DNA of 64,000 nt. Source: an uncultured Tenacibaculum sp. (GTDB lineage Bacteria; Bacteroidota; Bacteroidia; Flavobacteriales; Flavobacteriaceae). This document shows positions 8,772 through 18,394 of the stretch, one piece after another; within the stretch, counting starts at the first letter, position 1, and every line of letters starts with the position of its first letter. The notes beneath the pieces were generated by a model that saw nothing but the letters and a program-made list of their open reading frames with translations, was not told the DNA's origin and did not search any database. The position numbers and the translations under genes were made by a program. Location of the stretch: positions 43,927 to 107,926 of the forward strand of contig NZ_CANNGG010000006.1 of NCBI RefSeq assembly GCF_947504135.1, written 5' to 3'.

Positions 8772-10007
8772 TTGAACTTCGAATTATTTATAGCAAAACG
8801 AATCATTGCTGGAAAACAGTATAAAAGCAGTATTTCATCACCAATTATTACCATTGCAACCACTGCCATTGCTCTTGGTGTAGCTATTATGTTAATTGCA
8901 GTGTCGATCACCTCTGGGTTTCAGAATAAGGTGCGCGATAAAATGACAGGCTTTAAAGGGCATATTCAAATTGTAAATTACGATAATAACAATTCAGATG
9001 TTTCAACAGTTCCGATTGATATTAACCAAGAGTTTTATCCAGAGTTTAAAAACATTGACGGTATAAAAAAAGTACAACCTTTTGCTAATGTTGGAGGGAT
9101 AATTAGAACTCCTACTGATTTTGAAGGAATTATTTTTAAAGGGGTTTCGGCTGATTACGATTTTACTTTTTTTAATGAGTGTTTAGTTGAGGGTCGTTTA
9201 CCAGATTTTACTCAGGATAGAAACCGAGAAATTCTAATTTCTCAATCTATTGCAAACCGATTGCATTTTAAACTAAACGATACCATTCAAACATGGTTTG
9301 GAGCAGAAAACAGTAGTTTGAAATTTAAATCAAGAAAGCCAATTATTGTGGGAATATACAATACAGGTTTTGAACAGTTTGATAAGATTATGTTGTTGGG
9401 AGACTTAAGAGAGGTTCAAAAAATTAATCGTTGGAAAGACAATGAAATAGGAGGCTTTGAAGTGTTGATTGATGATTATGATATGCTCAAAGAAAAAGGA
9501 GATGAAGTGTATACAAGTATTGGAGCAACCTTAAATAGTATTACGATTGTAAGTAATTATCCTGCTATTTTTGAATGGTTAAAACTATTAGATAATAACG
9601 TATGGTTTATTATTGGAATCATGGTGTTGGTTGCTGGAATAAATATGGTAACAGCATTGTTGGTTCTTATTCTAGAGCGTGTACAAATGGTTGGAATTTT
9701 AAAAGCACTGGGAAGTGTAAATTGGAGTATCCGAAAAATATTTTTATACAATGCTTCTTACTTAATTTTAAAAGGATTGTTCTGGGGAAATCTCATCGGA
9801 CTTAGTATGCTTTTAATTCAAAAATATACGAAGTTAATAAGTCTAGATCCTGAAACTTATTATGTATCAACAATGCCTGTAGATATTAATTTCTTGGCAA
9901 TTTTATTGTTAAACATAGGTACGCTAATACTTTGCTTTTTAATGTTGATAGTACCTTCATATATCATTACAAAAATTCGCCCTTCAAAATCCATTCGATT
10001 TGCTTAG
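8772..10007 (+). CDS. LolC/E (FtsX/MacB) family ABC transporter permease
   Basis: TTG start; one N-terminal and three C-terminal TM helices; LERVQMVGILKALG; LDPETYY; TACTTTTG promoter box at 8744-8751. Confidence 0.88.
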   Translation: MNFELFIAKRIIAGKQYKSSISSPIITIATTAIALGVAIMLIAVSITSGFQNKVRDKMTGFKGHIQIVNYDNNNSDVSTVPIDINQEFYPEFKNIDGIKKVQPFANVGGIIRTPTDFEGIIFKGVSADYDFTFFNECLVEGRLPDFTQDRNREILISQSIANRLHFKLNDTIQTWFGAENSSLKFKSRKPIIVGIYNTGFEQFDKIMLLGDLREVQKINRWKDNEIGGFEVLIDDYDMLKEKGDEVYTSIGATLNSITIVSNYPAIFEWLKLLDNNVWFIIGIMVLVAGINMVTALLVLILERVQMVGILKALGSVNWSIRKIFLYNASYLILKGLFWGNLIGLSMLLIQKYTKLISLDPETYYVSTMPVDINFLAILLLNIGTLILCFLMLIVPSYIITKIRPSKSIRFA

Positions 10008-10029
10008 TTTTGCATAACATTAATAAGAT

Positions 10030-11388
10030 ATGAAGTACGCAAAAAATATATTAGAAACTATTGGTAACACACCTTTAGTTCAATTAAACTCAGTAACAAA
10101 AGAAGTAGATGCTTTAGTATTAGCTAAAGTAGAAACGTTTAATCCAGGAAACTCTGTAAAAGACCGTATGGCACTTAAAATGATAGAAGATGCTGAAGCA
10201 GATGGTCGTTTAAAGCCAGGGGGTACCATTATAGAAGGTACTTCAGGAAATACAGGAATGGGATTAGCATTAGCAGCTATTGTAAAAGGGTACAAATGTA
10301 TTTTTGTAATTTCAGATAAGCAATCAAAAGAAAAAATGGATATTCTGCGTGCTGTAGGAGCAGAGGTAGTTGTTTGCCCTACGAATGTAGAACCAGATGA
10401 TCCTCGTTCATATTATTCAGTATCTAAGCGTTTAGGGGAGGAAACTCCAAACTCTTGGTATGTAAATCAATATGACAATCCTTCAAACGCACAAGCACAT
10501 TATGAACAAACAGGACCAGAAATTTGGGAACAGACCGATGGTAAAATCACACATTTTGTTGTTGGAGTAGGAACAGGAGGAACGGTTTCAGGGACTGCTA
10601 AGTTTTTAAAAGAAAAGAATCCAAATATTAAAATTTGGGGAGTAGATACGTACGGATCTGTATTTAAAAAATATCACGAAACAGGTATTTTTGATGAGAA
10701 TGAAATCTACCCATATATCACGGAAGGTATTGGTGAAGATATTTTACCTAAAAATGTTGATTTTTCTTTAATTGATGGATTTACAAAAGTAACTGACAAA
10801 GATGCTGCTATTTACACACGCAAAATAGCTAAGGAAGAAGGAATTTTTGTAGGGAATTCAGCAGGTTCAGCTATTAAAGGATTATTACAGTTAAAAGACG
10901 AGTTTAAACCTGATGATGTAGTGGTAGTGTTGTTTCACGATCATGGAAGTCGTTATGTAGGAAAAATGTTTAATGACGATTGGATGCGTGATAGAGGTTT
11001 CTTAGATGAAGAAATTACTACAGCTGAAGATTTAATTAAAGATCATATAGATAAACCATTAGTAACTGTTCAAACAGAAGAATTAGTGTCACATGCTATT
11101 GAAAGAATGCGTACATTTAAAATATCACAGATTCCTGTAAGAGATGCAAATGGGTTTGTAGGTTCAGTAGATGAATCAGCATTATTATATAATTATTTAG
11201 AAGATAAAAATATAGCAGAAAAGCCTATTAAAGATGTAATGGGAAGAACATATCCTACAGTTAAAAAATCAGCTTCTATTGATGAGGTATCTAAGTTAAT
11301 TAACAAAGAAAATCAAGCAGTTTTAGTTGATTTAGAAAATGGAAAACACCACATCATTACAAAATATGATATAATTAGAGCTATTTAA
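10030..11388 (+). CDS. Cystathionine beta-synthase family protein with C-terminal CBS domains
   Basis: AKVETFNPGNSVKDR, GTSGNTG, GVGTGGT, HDHGSRY; C-terminal CBS pair (ISQIPVRD...VGSVDE, HHIITKYDII). Confidence 0.92.
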   Translation: MKYAKNILETIGNTPLVQLNSVTKEVDALVLAKVETFNPGNSVKDRMALKMIEDAEADGRLKPGGTIIEGTSGNTGMGLALAAIVKGYKCIFVISDKQSKEKMDILRAVGAEVVVCPTNVEPDDPRSYYSVSKRLGEETPNSWYVNQYDNPSNAQAHYEQTGPEIWEQTDGKITHFVVGVGTGGTVSGTAKFLKEKNPNIKIWGVDTYGSVFKKYHETGIFDENEIYPYITEGIGEDILPKNVDFSLIDGFTKVTDKDAAIYTRKIAKEEGIFVGNSAGSAIKGLLQLKDEFKPDDVVVVLFHDHGSRYVGKMFNDDWMRDRGFLDEEITTAEDLIKDHIDKPLVTVQTEELVSHAIERMRTFKISQIPVRDANGFVGSVDESALLYNYLEDKNIAEKPIKDVMGRTYPTVKKSASIDEVSKLINKENQAVLVDLENGKHHIITKYDIIRAI

Positions 11389-11409
11389 AATTAGCATCTC
11401 TAAAGAGAA

Positions 11410-11504
11410 TAAAAACAGGAAGCCCGCTCAATTTGAGCGGGCTTCTTTGTTAATCAACTAATTCAAATAATTTACACAATGAAAACAATGTTACTTGCTT
11501 ACGG
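11410..11504 (-). ncRNA. Candidate sigma54-dependent sRNA
   Basis: Minus-strand TGGCAC-N5-TTGG at 11530-11516; about 95 nt without a useful ORF, ending in the 11419-11445 hairpin and U-tract. Confidence 0.45.
11419..11445. terminator. Bidirectional intrinsic terminator
   Basis: GAAGCCCGCTCA-ATT-TGAGCGGGCTTC with T-rich tails on both strands. Confidence 0.88.
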
Positions 11505-11515
11505 TATTGTTGTTT

Positions 11516-11530
11516 CCAATATCTGTGCCA
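11516..11530 (-). promoter_or_regulatory. Sigma54 (-24/-12)-like promoter
   Basis: TGGCACAGATATTGG versus consensus TGGCAC-N5-TTGC. Confidence 0.5.
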
Positions 11531-11628
11531 AAATTATAAATAAAAAGCGGTACTTTATTTAATTTTTAATTATTTGACATTTTTTTAACGTTAAACCGTT
11601 AAAAAGTTAAGGATATTTTAATTTAAGG

Positions 11629-12498
11629 TTAGCTAGCGTGTTTGTGTGCTTTATACGATGAACGTACTAAGGCACCACTTTCTACATACATAAAGCCCAT
11701 TTCTAACCCTAATGTTTCGTATTTTTTGAATTGTTCTGGTGTTATAAATTCCTTAACAGGTAAGTGTTTTTTACTAGGTTGTAAATATTGACCGATAGTA
11801 ATAACATCCAATCCAACATTACGTAAGTCTTTCATGGTTTGTATTACTTCATCTTCTGTTTCGCCTAAACCAAGCATAATTCCAGATTTAGTACGCATTC
11901 CGTTTTCTTTTAGGTATTTTAAAACCCCCAAGCTACGATCATATTTTGCTTGAATACGAACTTCACGAGTTAAGCGACGTACCGTTTCCATATTGTGAGA
12001 AACAACTTCAGGAGCTACTTCAATAATACGGTCTATTAATTTTTCGTTTCCTTGAAAATCAGGAATAAGAGTTTCTAAAGTAGTATTCGGATTAGCTCTA
12101 CGAATAGCCTGTACTGTTTCAGACCAAATAATAGAACCTCCATCTTTTAAATCATCACGGTCAACAGAGGTAATTACCGCATGTTTAATATTCATTAATT
12201 TAATAGAACGAGCTACTTTTTCAGGTTCATCCCATTCAACGGTGTCTGGACGTCCAGTTTTAACACCACAAAACCCACATGAACGTGTACAGATGTTACC
12301 TAAAATCATAAAGGTAGCAGTACCTTCTCCCCAACATTCACCCATGTTTGGACAGCTTCCACTGGTACAAATAGTGTTTAATTTATATTTATCAACAAGT
12401 CCTCTTAGTTCCGTGTATTTTTTTCCTACAGGTAATTTTACACGTAACCATTTTGGTTTTTTCGTTCTTTCTGGTGTTGCTACAGTTTCGTTTGCCAT
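11629..12498 (-). CDS. lipA: Lipoyl synthase
   Basis: [12 protein letters not shown] and CTRSCGFC cluster motifs; VRSSYKA; ATG at 12498 preferred because the TAAATTTG box is at 12524-12517. Confidence 0.96.
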   Translation of the reverse strand: MANETVATPERTKKPKWLRVKLPVGKKYTELRGLVDKYKLNTICTSGSCPNMGECWGEGTATFMILGNICTRSCGFCGVKTGRPDTVEWDEPEKVARSIKLMNIKHAVITSVDRDDLKDGGSIIWSETVQAIRRANPNTTLETLIPDFQGNEKLIDRIIEVAPEVVSHNMETVRRLTREVRIQAKYDRSLGVLKYLKENGMRTKSGIMLGLGETEDEVIQTMKDLRNVGLDVITIGQYLQPSKKHLPVKEFITPEQFKKYETLGLEMGFMYVESGALVRSSYKAHKHAS

Positions 12499-12536
12499 TC
12501 CATAAAAATTGAACTGCAAATTTACGAAGAAAAGAT

Positions 12537-13766
12537 TTATAAACTAAGTAAAAACCAAATACTAAATCCGAACAAAAAAACAATACCTATAAGACTGAAA
12601 ATGCGTAAACCAATATTTGGTCTGTACTTTTTTGGCGTATGCTTACCAGTAATTAAGATATAGTTGAGAATAGCATAAAACGGAGCTGTTAAAAAAGATA
12701 AAACTGTGGCTATTCGTACAAGAAATACCATATCACTTAAAAAACAATATAAAATAACAGAGGTTCCAAGCGTTAACAGTAGTAACCAAAACCAGTAGCC
12801 TAATTTTATTGTTCTTGTTGTTCTCGGAAAAAGTAAAAAAGAAGATTTTTCCATAGCTCTTGGTGAAGCATCTAATGTTGTAATAGTAGTACTAAACATA
12901 GTTGTAAAAGCTGCAACACCAATAAATACAGAAGAAAATTCTCCTAAGTTTTTTGTGTATAAATTGATTAGTTGAGAAGCAAAAATAGTTCCTTTACTAG
13001 AGAATGATTCTCCTGATTGATGCATAACTAAAGCACCTAACATAACAAAACAAACTCCTAAAAATAAGGCTCCAATATAGCCAACATTAAAATCAAAAAT
13101 GGCTTGTTTAGGCTTTATTTTTACAAAAGTAGTTTTGTCTTTTTCAACCGACCATAATGAATGCCAAATAGAAATATCTAATGGGGCAGGCATCCACCCT
13201 AAAAAGGCAATTAAAAAAGTTACTTGTGCTGTTCCGCTAGGAATAATTTGTTGAAAGCTGAATCCTTTTTCAGTTTTAAATAAGGCTATAGCTACAGCAA
13301 CAATGGTGCTTACAGTTAAAATGGCTATGATATACTTCATTAAATTATCTAAAAAAGTATACTTGCCAACTCCTAAAAAAAGAATACTAACTAGCATGAT
13401 TGCTAATGACCATGCAACCAAATCGTGTGAAAAACCAAAGAGATTAGCTGCCAAACTCGCGGTAACAATCGTTACAGCAGCTTGAACGGTAAACATGGTA
13501 GCAAAATTTAAAATATAGTAACTTATTAAAACGCCTTTGCCTAGTTTTTTGTAGCCATCTAACAGCGTTTCTCCGGTTGCAGCAGCATAGCGTGGCCCGA
13601 ATTGAAAGAAAGGATATTTAAAAATATGAACTAGGAGAAGCGCCCAAAGTAAACCAAAGCCAAAATCGGCACCAGCTCTTGTAGATTGTACTAAGTGCGA
13701 AACACCAATGGCAGCTCCAGCGAATAATATTCCAGGACCTAATAAACTTAAGAGGGATTTTTTCAT
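12537..13766 (-). CDS. NRAMP-like (APC superfamily) divalent cation/solute transporter
   Basis: 409 aa, about 11 TM; [37 protein letters not shown]. Confidence 0.8.
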   Translation of the reverse strand: MKKSLLSLLGPGILFAGAAIGVSHLVQSTRAGADFGFGLLWALLLVHIFKYPFFQFGPRYAAATGETLLDGYKKLGKGVLISYYILNFATMFTVQAAVTIVTASLAANLFGFSHDLVAWSLAIMLVSILFLGVGKYTFLDNLMKYIIAILTVSTIVAVAIALFKTEKGFSFQQIIPSGTAQVTFLIAFLGWMPAPLDISIWHSLWSVEKDKTTFVKIKPKQAIFDFNVGYIGALFLGVCFVMLGALVMHQSGESFSSKGTIFASQLINLYTKNLGEFSSVFIGVAAFTTMFSTTITTLDASPRAMEKSSFLLFPRTTRTIKLGYWFWLLLLTLGTSVILYCFLSDMVFLVRIATVLSFLTAPFYAILNYILITGKHTPKKYRPNIGLRIFSLIGIVFLFGFSIWFLLSL

Positions 13767-13781
13767 GAGAAAAGAGAAGGT

Positions 13782-13922
13782 TTAAAAGTTTAGATAATCA
13801 CTATTTCTTAGTTTTCTTAAAATAGCGCTTACATGCTCTTTTCTTCCTCTTTTTAATCGAAGCTTTTTATAGAGTTCTTTTTTGTATACGTTTTTTGCGT
13901 TTGCATGAAACTGTAAAATCAT
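13782..13922 (-). CDS. Possible small basic ORF (46 aa), not in the ORF track
   Basis: Hand-translated MILQFHANAKNVYKKELYKKLRLKRGRKEHVSAILRKLRNSDYLNF; fills the gap between the sigma factor and the transporter on the same strand. Confidence 0.35.
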   Translation of the reverse strand: MILQFHANAKNVYKKELYKKLRLKRGRKEHVSAILRKLRNSDYLNF

Positions 13923-13950
13923 AAGTTTTTGATTTTAATGTTCTTGCAAT

Positions 13951-14514
13951 TTATGATTTCTTTATTATTTCAGCTAATAATTTTTTTGCACGCAATAATT
14001 TAACTTTAACATTGTTAATAGGCTCGTTAATTTGCTTAGAAATTTCTTTATAACTCAATTCCTGAAAATAACGAAGATTGATAACTTCTTGATATTTTGG
14101 TTTTAGTTTTTTAATGTCTTTTAGAAGTTTAGCCAAGTTTTGTTCCGTAATAATTTTATCCTCTGGTGAGGGGGCGTCATCAACAACAGCATACACCTCT
14201 TTTTCTTGTTCTTCAGTAGTTTGAGTATAAATAGAAGATTTTTTCTTACGAAGAAAATCGATATATACGTTTTTAGAAATGGTAATCAACCAAGTTTTAA
14301 ATCGATAGTTTTCATCAAAAGTTTCAATTTTATCAAAAGCTTTAGAAAAAGTTTGAATGGTAATATCTTCAGCGTCATTCTCATTCTGAGTTTGTTTTAA
14401 TTGAAAAGCGTAAACGTTTCCCCAAAAAGTGTCTAACAAATAATTAAAAGCTATTTGATTTCCTTTTTTTGCTTGCTGAATATTGTGAAGTACTTTTTCT
14501 TGATTTATTTCCAA
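13951..14514 (-). CDS. ECF sigma-70 family RNA polymerase sigma factor
   Basis: DAEDITIQTFSKAF, FKTWLITIS (region 2); LSYKEISKQINEPINNVKVKLLRAK (region 4). Confidence 0.92.
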   Translation of the reverse strand: MEINQEKVLHNIQQAKKGNQIAFNYLLDTFWGNVYAFQLKQTQNENDAEDITIQTFSKAFDKIETFDENYRFKTWLITISKNVYIDFLRKKKSSIYTQTTEEQEKEVYAVVDDAPSPEDKIITEQNLAKLLKDIKKLKPKYQEVINLRYFQELSYKEISKQINEPINNVKVKLLRAKKLLAEIIKKS

Positions 14515-15608
14515 TGTTTTGGTTTCGAAATTTGGTTTGTTATAAATATACTAATTTGTACTAATACGAAACAAATATCTAAGAAAGGCAGTAATAGAAT
14601 TACGTTTTTTTCTTGAAGTTTTGAAGCCGCTTTTCCTAAAGCTACATATTGTAAAATGAAATATCCTATTACAACTGGCAAGGCAATTACCCAATTGATT
14701 ACAGCGATATAAATAGCTAAAATGTAGAATACTACTTTCGAAACTTTGAATAAACGAAGTAAAAGCTGATGTTTAATTTTGTATAATGAAATTAAGATTG
14801 TTTCTTTTTTTTGTTGAGAAAACCATTCTTTGAAAGTTACTTTTTTTCTAGCGCTAACAAAACTGTTTACATCAATAGAGTAGGTTGTATTGGTTTTGGT
14901 AGCTGCATCTTTTATGAATAAATCGGCTTCACCAATAAAAAGGTTTACGTGATTGATATATCCGTTAACTCTAAAAAACTCGCTTTTTGTGTAAGCTAGA
15001 TTATGGTTTGTAGCTTTGTACGGATTTCCAAATTTGGTAAAAGTAAAAGTTTGAATGCTGTTTAATAAATGATGAAATCGTATAAATACATTACTGAACG
15101 AATTCTTTTTACGCTTTAATTTTTGATAACCAATAACTATTGATTTTTCTTGTGAAAAATTACTCGACATTTCACTAATCCAGTCTTCAGAAAAAATATT
15201 ACTACTTATTTCGGTAAACAATAGGTGTTCATGTGTAGCAGCTTTCACACCAAGAGTAAGTGCATACTTTTTGTTTCCCCAAAAAGCCTCCGTATTTTTT
15301 ACATCTACAATTTTTAAGTTAGCGTGCTTTTTTTGTAGTTCTTCTAAGATATCTAAGGTATTGTCTGTAGAAGCGTTGTTGACAAGAACTATTTCAAAAT
15401 TATGATATTTCTGCCTAACTAAATATTGAATGTATTCAGTTAAAACATCAGCATTGTTTTTTGTATATACAATTACTGAAATAGGGATATTTACATCTTT
15501 GTTTTTTTCTTCACTTTTCTCAAAAGCAAAAGAACAGAAGAACATATAATACACTACTTGTATAGCCGTAGCTACCACAAAAGTGTAGAACAGTATAGTA
15601 AATACCAT
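14505..15608 (-). CDS. Glycosyltransferase family 2-like membrane protein with degenerate catalytic motifs
   Basis: N-terminal TM, SVIVYTKN, EIVLVNNAS, GNKKYAL, C-terminal TMs; the DxD position reads TEIS. Confidence 0.8.
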   Translation of the reverse strand: MVFTILFYTFVVATAIQVVYYMFFCSFAFEKSEEKNKDVNIPISVIVYTKNNADVLTEYIQYLVRQKYHNFEIVLVNNASTDNTLDILEELQKKHANLKIVDVKNTEAFWGNKKYALTLGVKAATHEHLLFTEISSNIFSEDWISEMSSNFSQEKSIVIGYQKLKRKKNSFSNVFIRFHHLLNSIQTFTFTKFGNPYKATNHNLAYTKSEFFRVNGYINHVNLFIGEADLFIKDAATKTNTTYSIDVNSFVSARKKVTFKEWFSQQKKETILISLYKIKHQLLLRLFKVSKVVFYILAIYIAVINWVIALPVVIGYFILQYVALGKAASKLQEKNVILLLPFLDICFVLVQISIFITNQISKPKHWK

Positions 15609-15638
15609 AAAAATAAAAAGGTTAGTTGAGTAAGACTG

Positions 15639-15842
15639 TTAGTTGTGTTGAGGCTCGCTACAAGTATCGAACTGGTCTGGGGTTTTACCACAAAATCCGC
15701 AAGCTTCACCACTTTCGTTTAGCATTGGGTTTTGACTAGCACAAGTACCAGCAAATTCTCCGTCTTTTTTTGCCCAAATTTTAATGGCAATTCCAGCAAA
15801 TGCTAACGCTAATAATCCTATAGTAACAAAAATTAATTTCAT
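15639..15842 (-). CDS. Small conserved Bacteroidota membrane/secreted protein
   Basis: N-terminal TM then KKDGEFAGTCASQNP...CGFCG; TATCTTTG promoter box at 15949-15942. Confidence 0.75.
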   Translation of the reverse strand: MKLIFVTIGLLALAFAGIAIKIWAKKDGEFAGTCASQNPMLNESGEACGFCGKTPDQFDTCSEPQHN

Positions 15843-16035
15843 CTGTTCGTTTTTAATTGTTTCTCAATGGTCAGATGTAACCTTAAATGTTTAAAATAAT
15901 TATTTTAAACCTACAGGTTTCATGATGTGTTGTTTTGTATTGCAAAGATACGAACTTCCTATTTCTCCTGTATGAATTTAAAAGAGATTTATATAAGTGA
16001 AACTAAAACAGAGGTAGCGTTTTTCTACTATATGC

Positions 16036-17046
16036 TTATTGAATAATATTAACTTCTATTTCAAGGTTAATATCAAATGTATCTTTTATAGTATGTTGAA
16101 TTTTTTGCGCCAATTCATAAATTTCTTTTCCTGAGGCATCCCCGTAATTTACTAAAACTAAGGCTTGCTTTTCGTGAACTCCGTAGTCGCCAAATCGTTT
16201 TCCTTTAAATCCGCTTTGTTCAATTAACCAACCAGCAGGTACTTTAATTTCAGTATCAGAAATAATATAACTAGGAATGTTAGGATGTTTTTTCTGAAGT
16301 GTTTCAAAATGTTCTTTTGAAATCACAGGATTTTTAAAGAAACTACCACTGTTGCCTATTTTTTTAGGATCTGGTAATTTTGATTGACGAATAGCTATAA
16401 CAGCGTCAGAAACATCTTTAATAGTCGGATTTGTAATATCTTTTGAAGATAGCTCAGATTCAATTGCTCCGTAAGAAGTATTGAGCTTATGATTGTTTTT
16501 AGTTAATTTAAAACTAACAGAAGTTAATATATACTTTCCTTTAGCTTCGTTTTTAAAAATAGAATTTCGGTATCCAAATTGGCACTCTTCAGCAGAAAAA
16601 GAAACGAGTTTTCCTGTTTGAATTTCAATAGCTTCTACTTTGGTTATAGTATCTTTAACTTCAACTCCATAAGCTCCAATATTTTGGATAGGGCAAGTAC
16701 CTACATTTCCAGGGATAAGAGATAAGTTTTCCAGTCCACCATAGTTTTGAGAAACGCACCACAACACAAACTCGTGCCAGTTTTCACCAGCATTTACTGT
16801 CAGGTGAATATTGTTAGGGTTTTCTCTATCAATAGAAATTCCTTTAATATCAATATGTACAACTAGGTTTTCAATATCTTTGGTAAGTAACATGTTACTA
16901 CCACCAGAAATTAAAAAAAGATTTTTTTCCTCTTTTAAAAGCTGTTGTAGTTGGTATACAGAAGTAATAGAAACAAAACGTTTGGCATTTACATCAATAC
17001 CAAACGTGTTGTACTCTTTTAAAGATATGTTTTCTTTGATATTCAA
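16036..17046 (-). CDS. murB: UDP-N-acetylmuramate dehydrogenase
   Basis: GGSNMLL, GLENLSLIPGNVG, QNIGAYG, GNSGSFFKNP, HEKQALVLVN. Confidence 0.96.
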   Translation of the reverse strand: MNIKENISLKEYNTFGIDVNAKRFVSITSVYQLQQLLKEEKNLFLISGGSNMLLTKDIENLVVHIDIKGISIDRENPNNIHLTVNAGENWHEFVLWCVSQNYGGLENLSLIPGNVGTCPIQNIGAYGVEVKDTITKVEAIEIQTGKLVSFSAEECQFGYRNSIFKNEAKGKYILTSVSFKLTKNNHKLNTSYGAIESELSSKDITNPTIKDVSDAVIAIRQSKLPDPKKIGNSGSFFKNPVISKEHFETLQKKHPNIPSYIISDTEIKVPAGWLIEQSGFKGKRFGDYGVHEKQALVLVNYGDASGKEIYELAQKIQHTIKDTFDINLEIEVNIIQ

Positions 17047-18237
17047 TTAACTATTATATTTTTCTAAGGCGATTTTTAATATCTCAACCGAACGTTTTAA
17101 ATCAGTTTTATTTAAAACATAGGCAATACGCACCTGATTTTTTCCTTCACCTTCGGTAGAATAGAATCCACTTGCAGGAGCTACCATTACCGTTTCATTA
17201 TTATCGCTAAATTTTTCTAAAATCCACTGAGCAAAATCATCAGTATCTTTAACTGGTAATTCAGCAACACAGTAAAAAGCACCTTTAGGATTGGCAACTT
17301 TTACACCGTCTATTTTTTGTAGTTCAGTGATTAATGTGTTTCTACGATCTTCATATTCTTCTATAACTTCATCAAAATAACTTTGAGGAGTATCTAAAGC
17401 AGCTTCACTGGCAATTAAAGCATACGTTGGTGGGCTTAAACGTGCTTGCGCAAACTTAAGAGCAGTATTTATAAACTCTTCGTTTTTAGAAACAATACAA
17501 CCAATTCTTGCACCACACATACTGTAACGCTTCGAAACAGAATCAATCATAATAGCGTTTTGTTCTAATCCCTCTAAAGCCATTACTGAATTGTGCTTTT
17601 CACCATCGTACGTAAACTCACGATACACTTCATCAGCAATTAAAAATAAATCGTGTTTTAATACAATTTGCTTTAATTTTTCAATTTCTTCTTTACTGTA
17701 TAAATATCCAGTTGGGTTTCCAGGGTTGCAAATTAAAATTGCTTTAGTTTTTGGAGTAATTAACTTCTCAAAATCTTCAATTGCAGGTAACGCAAAATTA
17801 TTTTCAATTTTAGAAATAACAGAAACTACTTTTACTCCTGATGCTGTAGAGAAACCATTATAGTTTGCATAAAAAGGTTCTGGTATAATTATTTCATCTC
17901 CCGGATCAGTAATACTACCAATACTAAAAAGTAAAGCTTCTGATCCTCCTGTAGTAGCAATAATGTTATTTGCAGTAACATGAATATCATTTTTAGCATA
18001 GTAATTAGCAAGTTTAGTTCTATACTCTTCAGAACCTTCAGATCTAGCATAAGATAATACTTCAATAGTATTATTTTTTACTGCATCTAAAGCAACTTGT
18101 GGTGTTTTAATATCAGGTTGACCAATGTTTAAGTGATAAACTTTTGTTCCGTTCTTTTTAGCAGCCTCAGCAAAAGGAACCAATTTACGAATTGGCGATT
18201 GAGGCATTGCGTTTCCTTTACTAGAAATTGATGGCAT
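17047..18237 (-). CDS. PLP-dependent aminotransferase class I/II (aspartate aminotransferase-like)
   Basis: HLNIGQPD, CNPGNPTG, ADEVYREF, SVSKRYSMCGARIG; ATG at 18237 preferred. Confidence 0.93.
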   Translation of the reverse strand: MPSISSKGNAMPQSPIRKLVPFAEAAKKNGTKVYHLNIGQPDIKTPQVALDAVKNNTIEVLSYARSEGSEEYRTKLANYYAKNDIHVTANNIIATTGGSEALLFSIGSITDPGDEIIIPEPFYANYNGFSTASGVKVVSVISKIENNFALPAIEDFEKLITPKTKAILICNPGNPTGYLYSKEEIEKLKQIVLKHDLFLIADEVYREFTYDGEKHNSVMALEGLEQNAIMIDSVSKRYSMCGARIGCIVSKNEEFINTALKFAQARLSPPTYALIASEAALDTPQSYFDEVIEEYEDRRNTLITELQKIDGVKVANPKGAFYCVAELPVKDTDDFAQWILEKFSDNNETVMVAPASGFYSTEGEGKNQVRIAYVLNKTDLKRSVEILKIALEKYNS

Positions 18238-18394
18238 TTTTATATTAATTAGTTGTTTGATTGGCAAATTTGCAAAATATATTTGATAAATTAAGAGAGT
18301 TGTTAAGGAAAAAAGGGGTTAAAAAAATCATAAAAAAGAAAAAAAACGAATAGAAGATTGTATATTTAACTATAGAACCTTAAAACAAGTTCTT

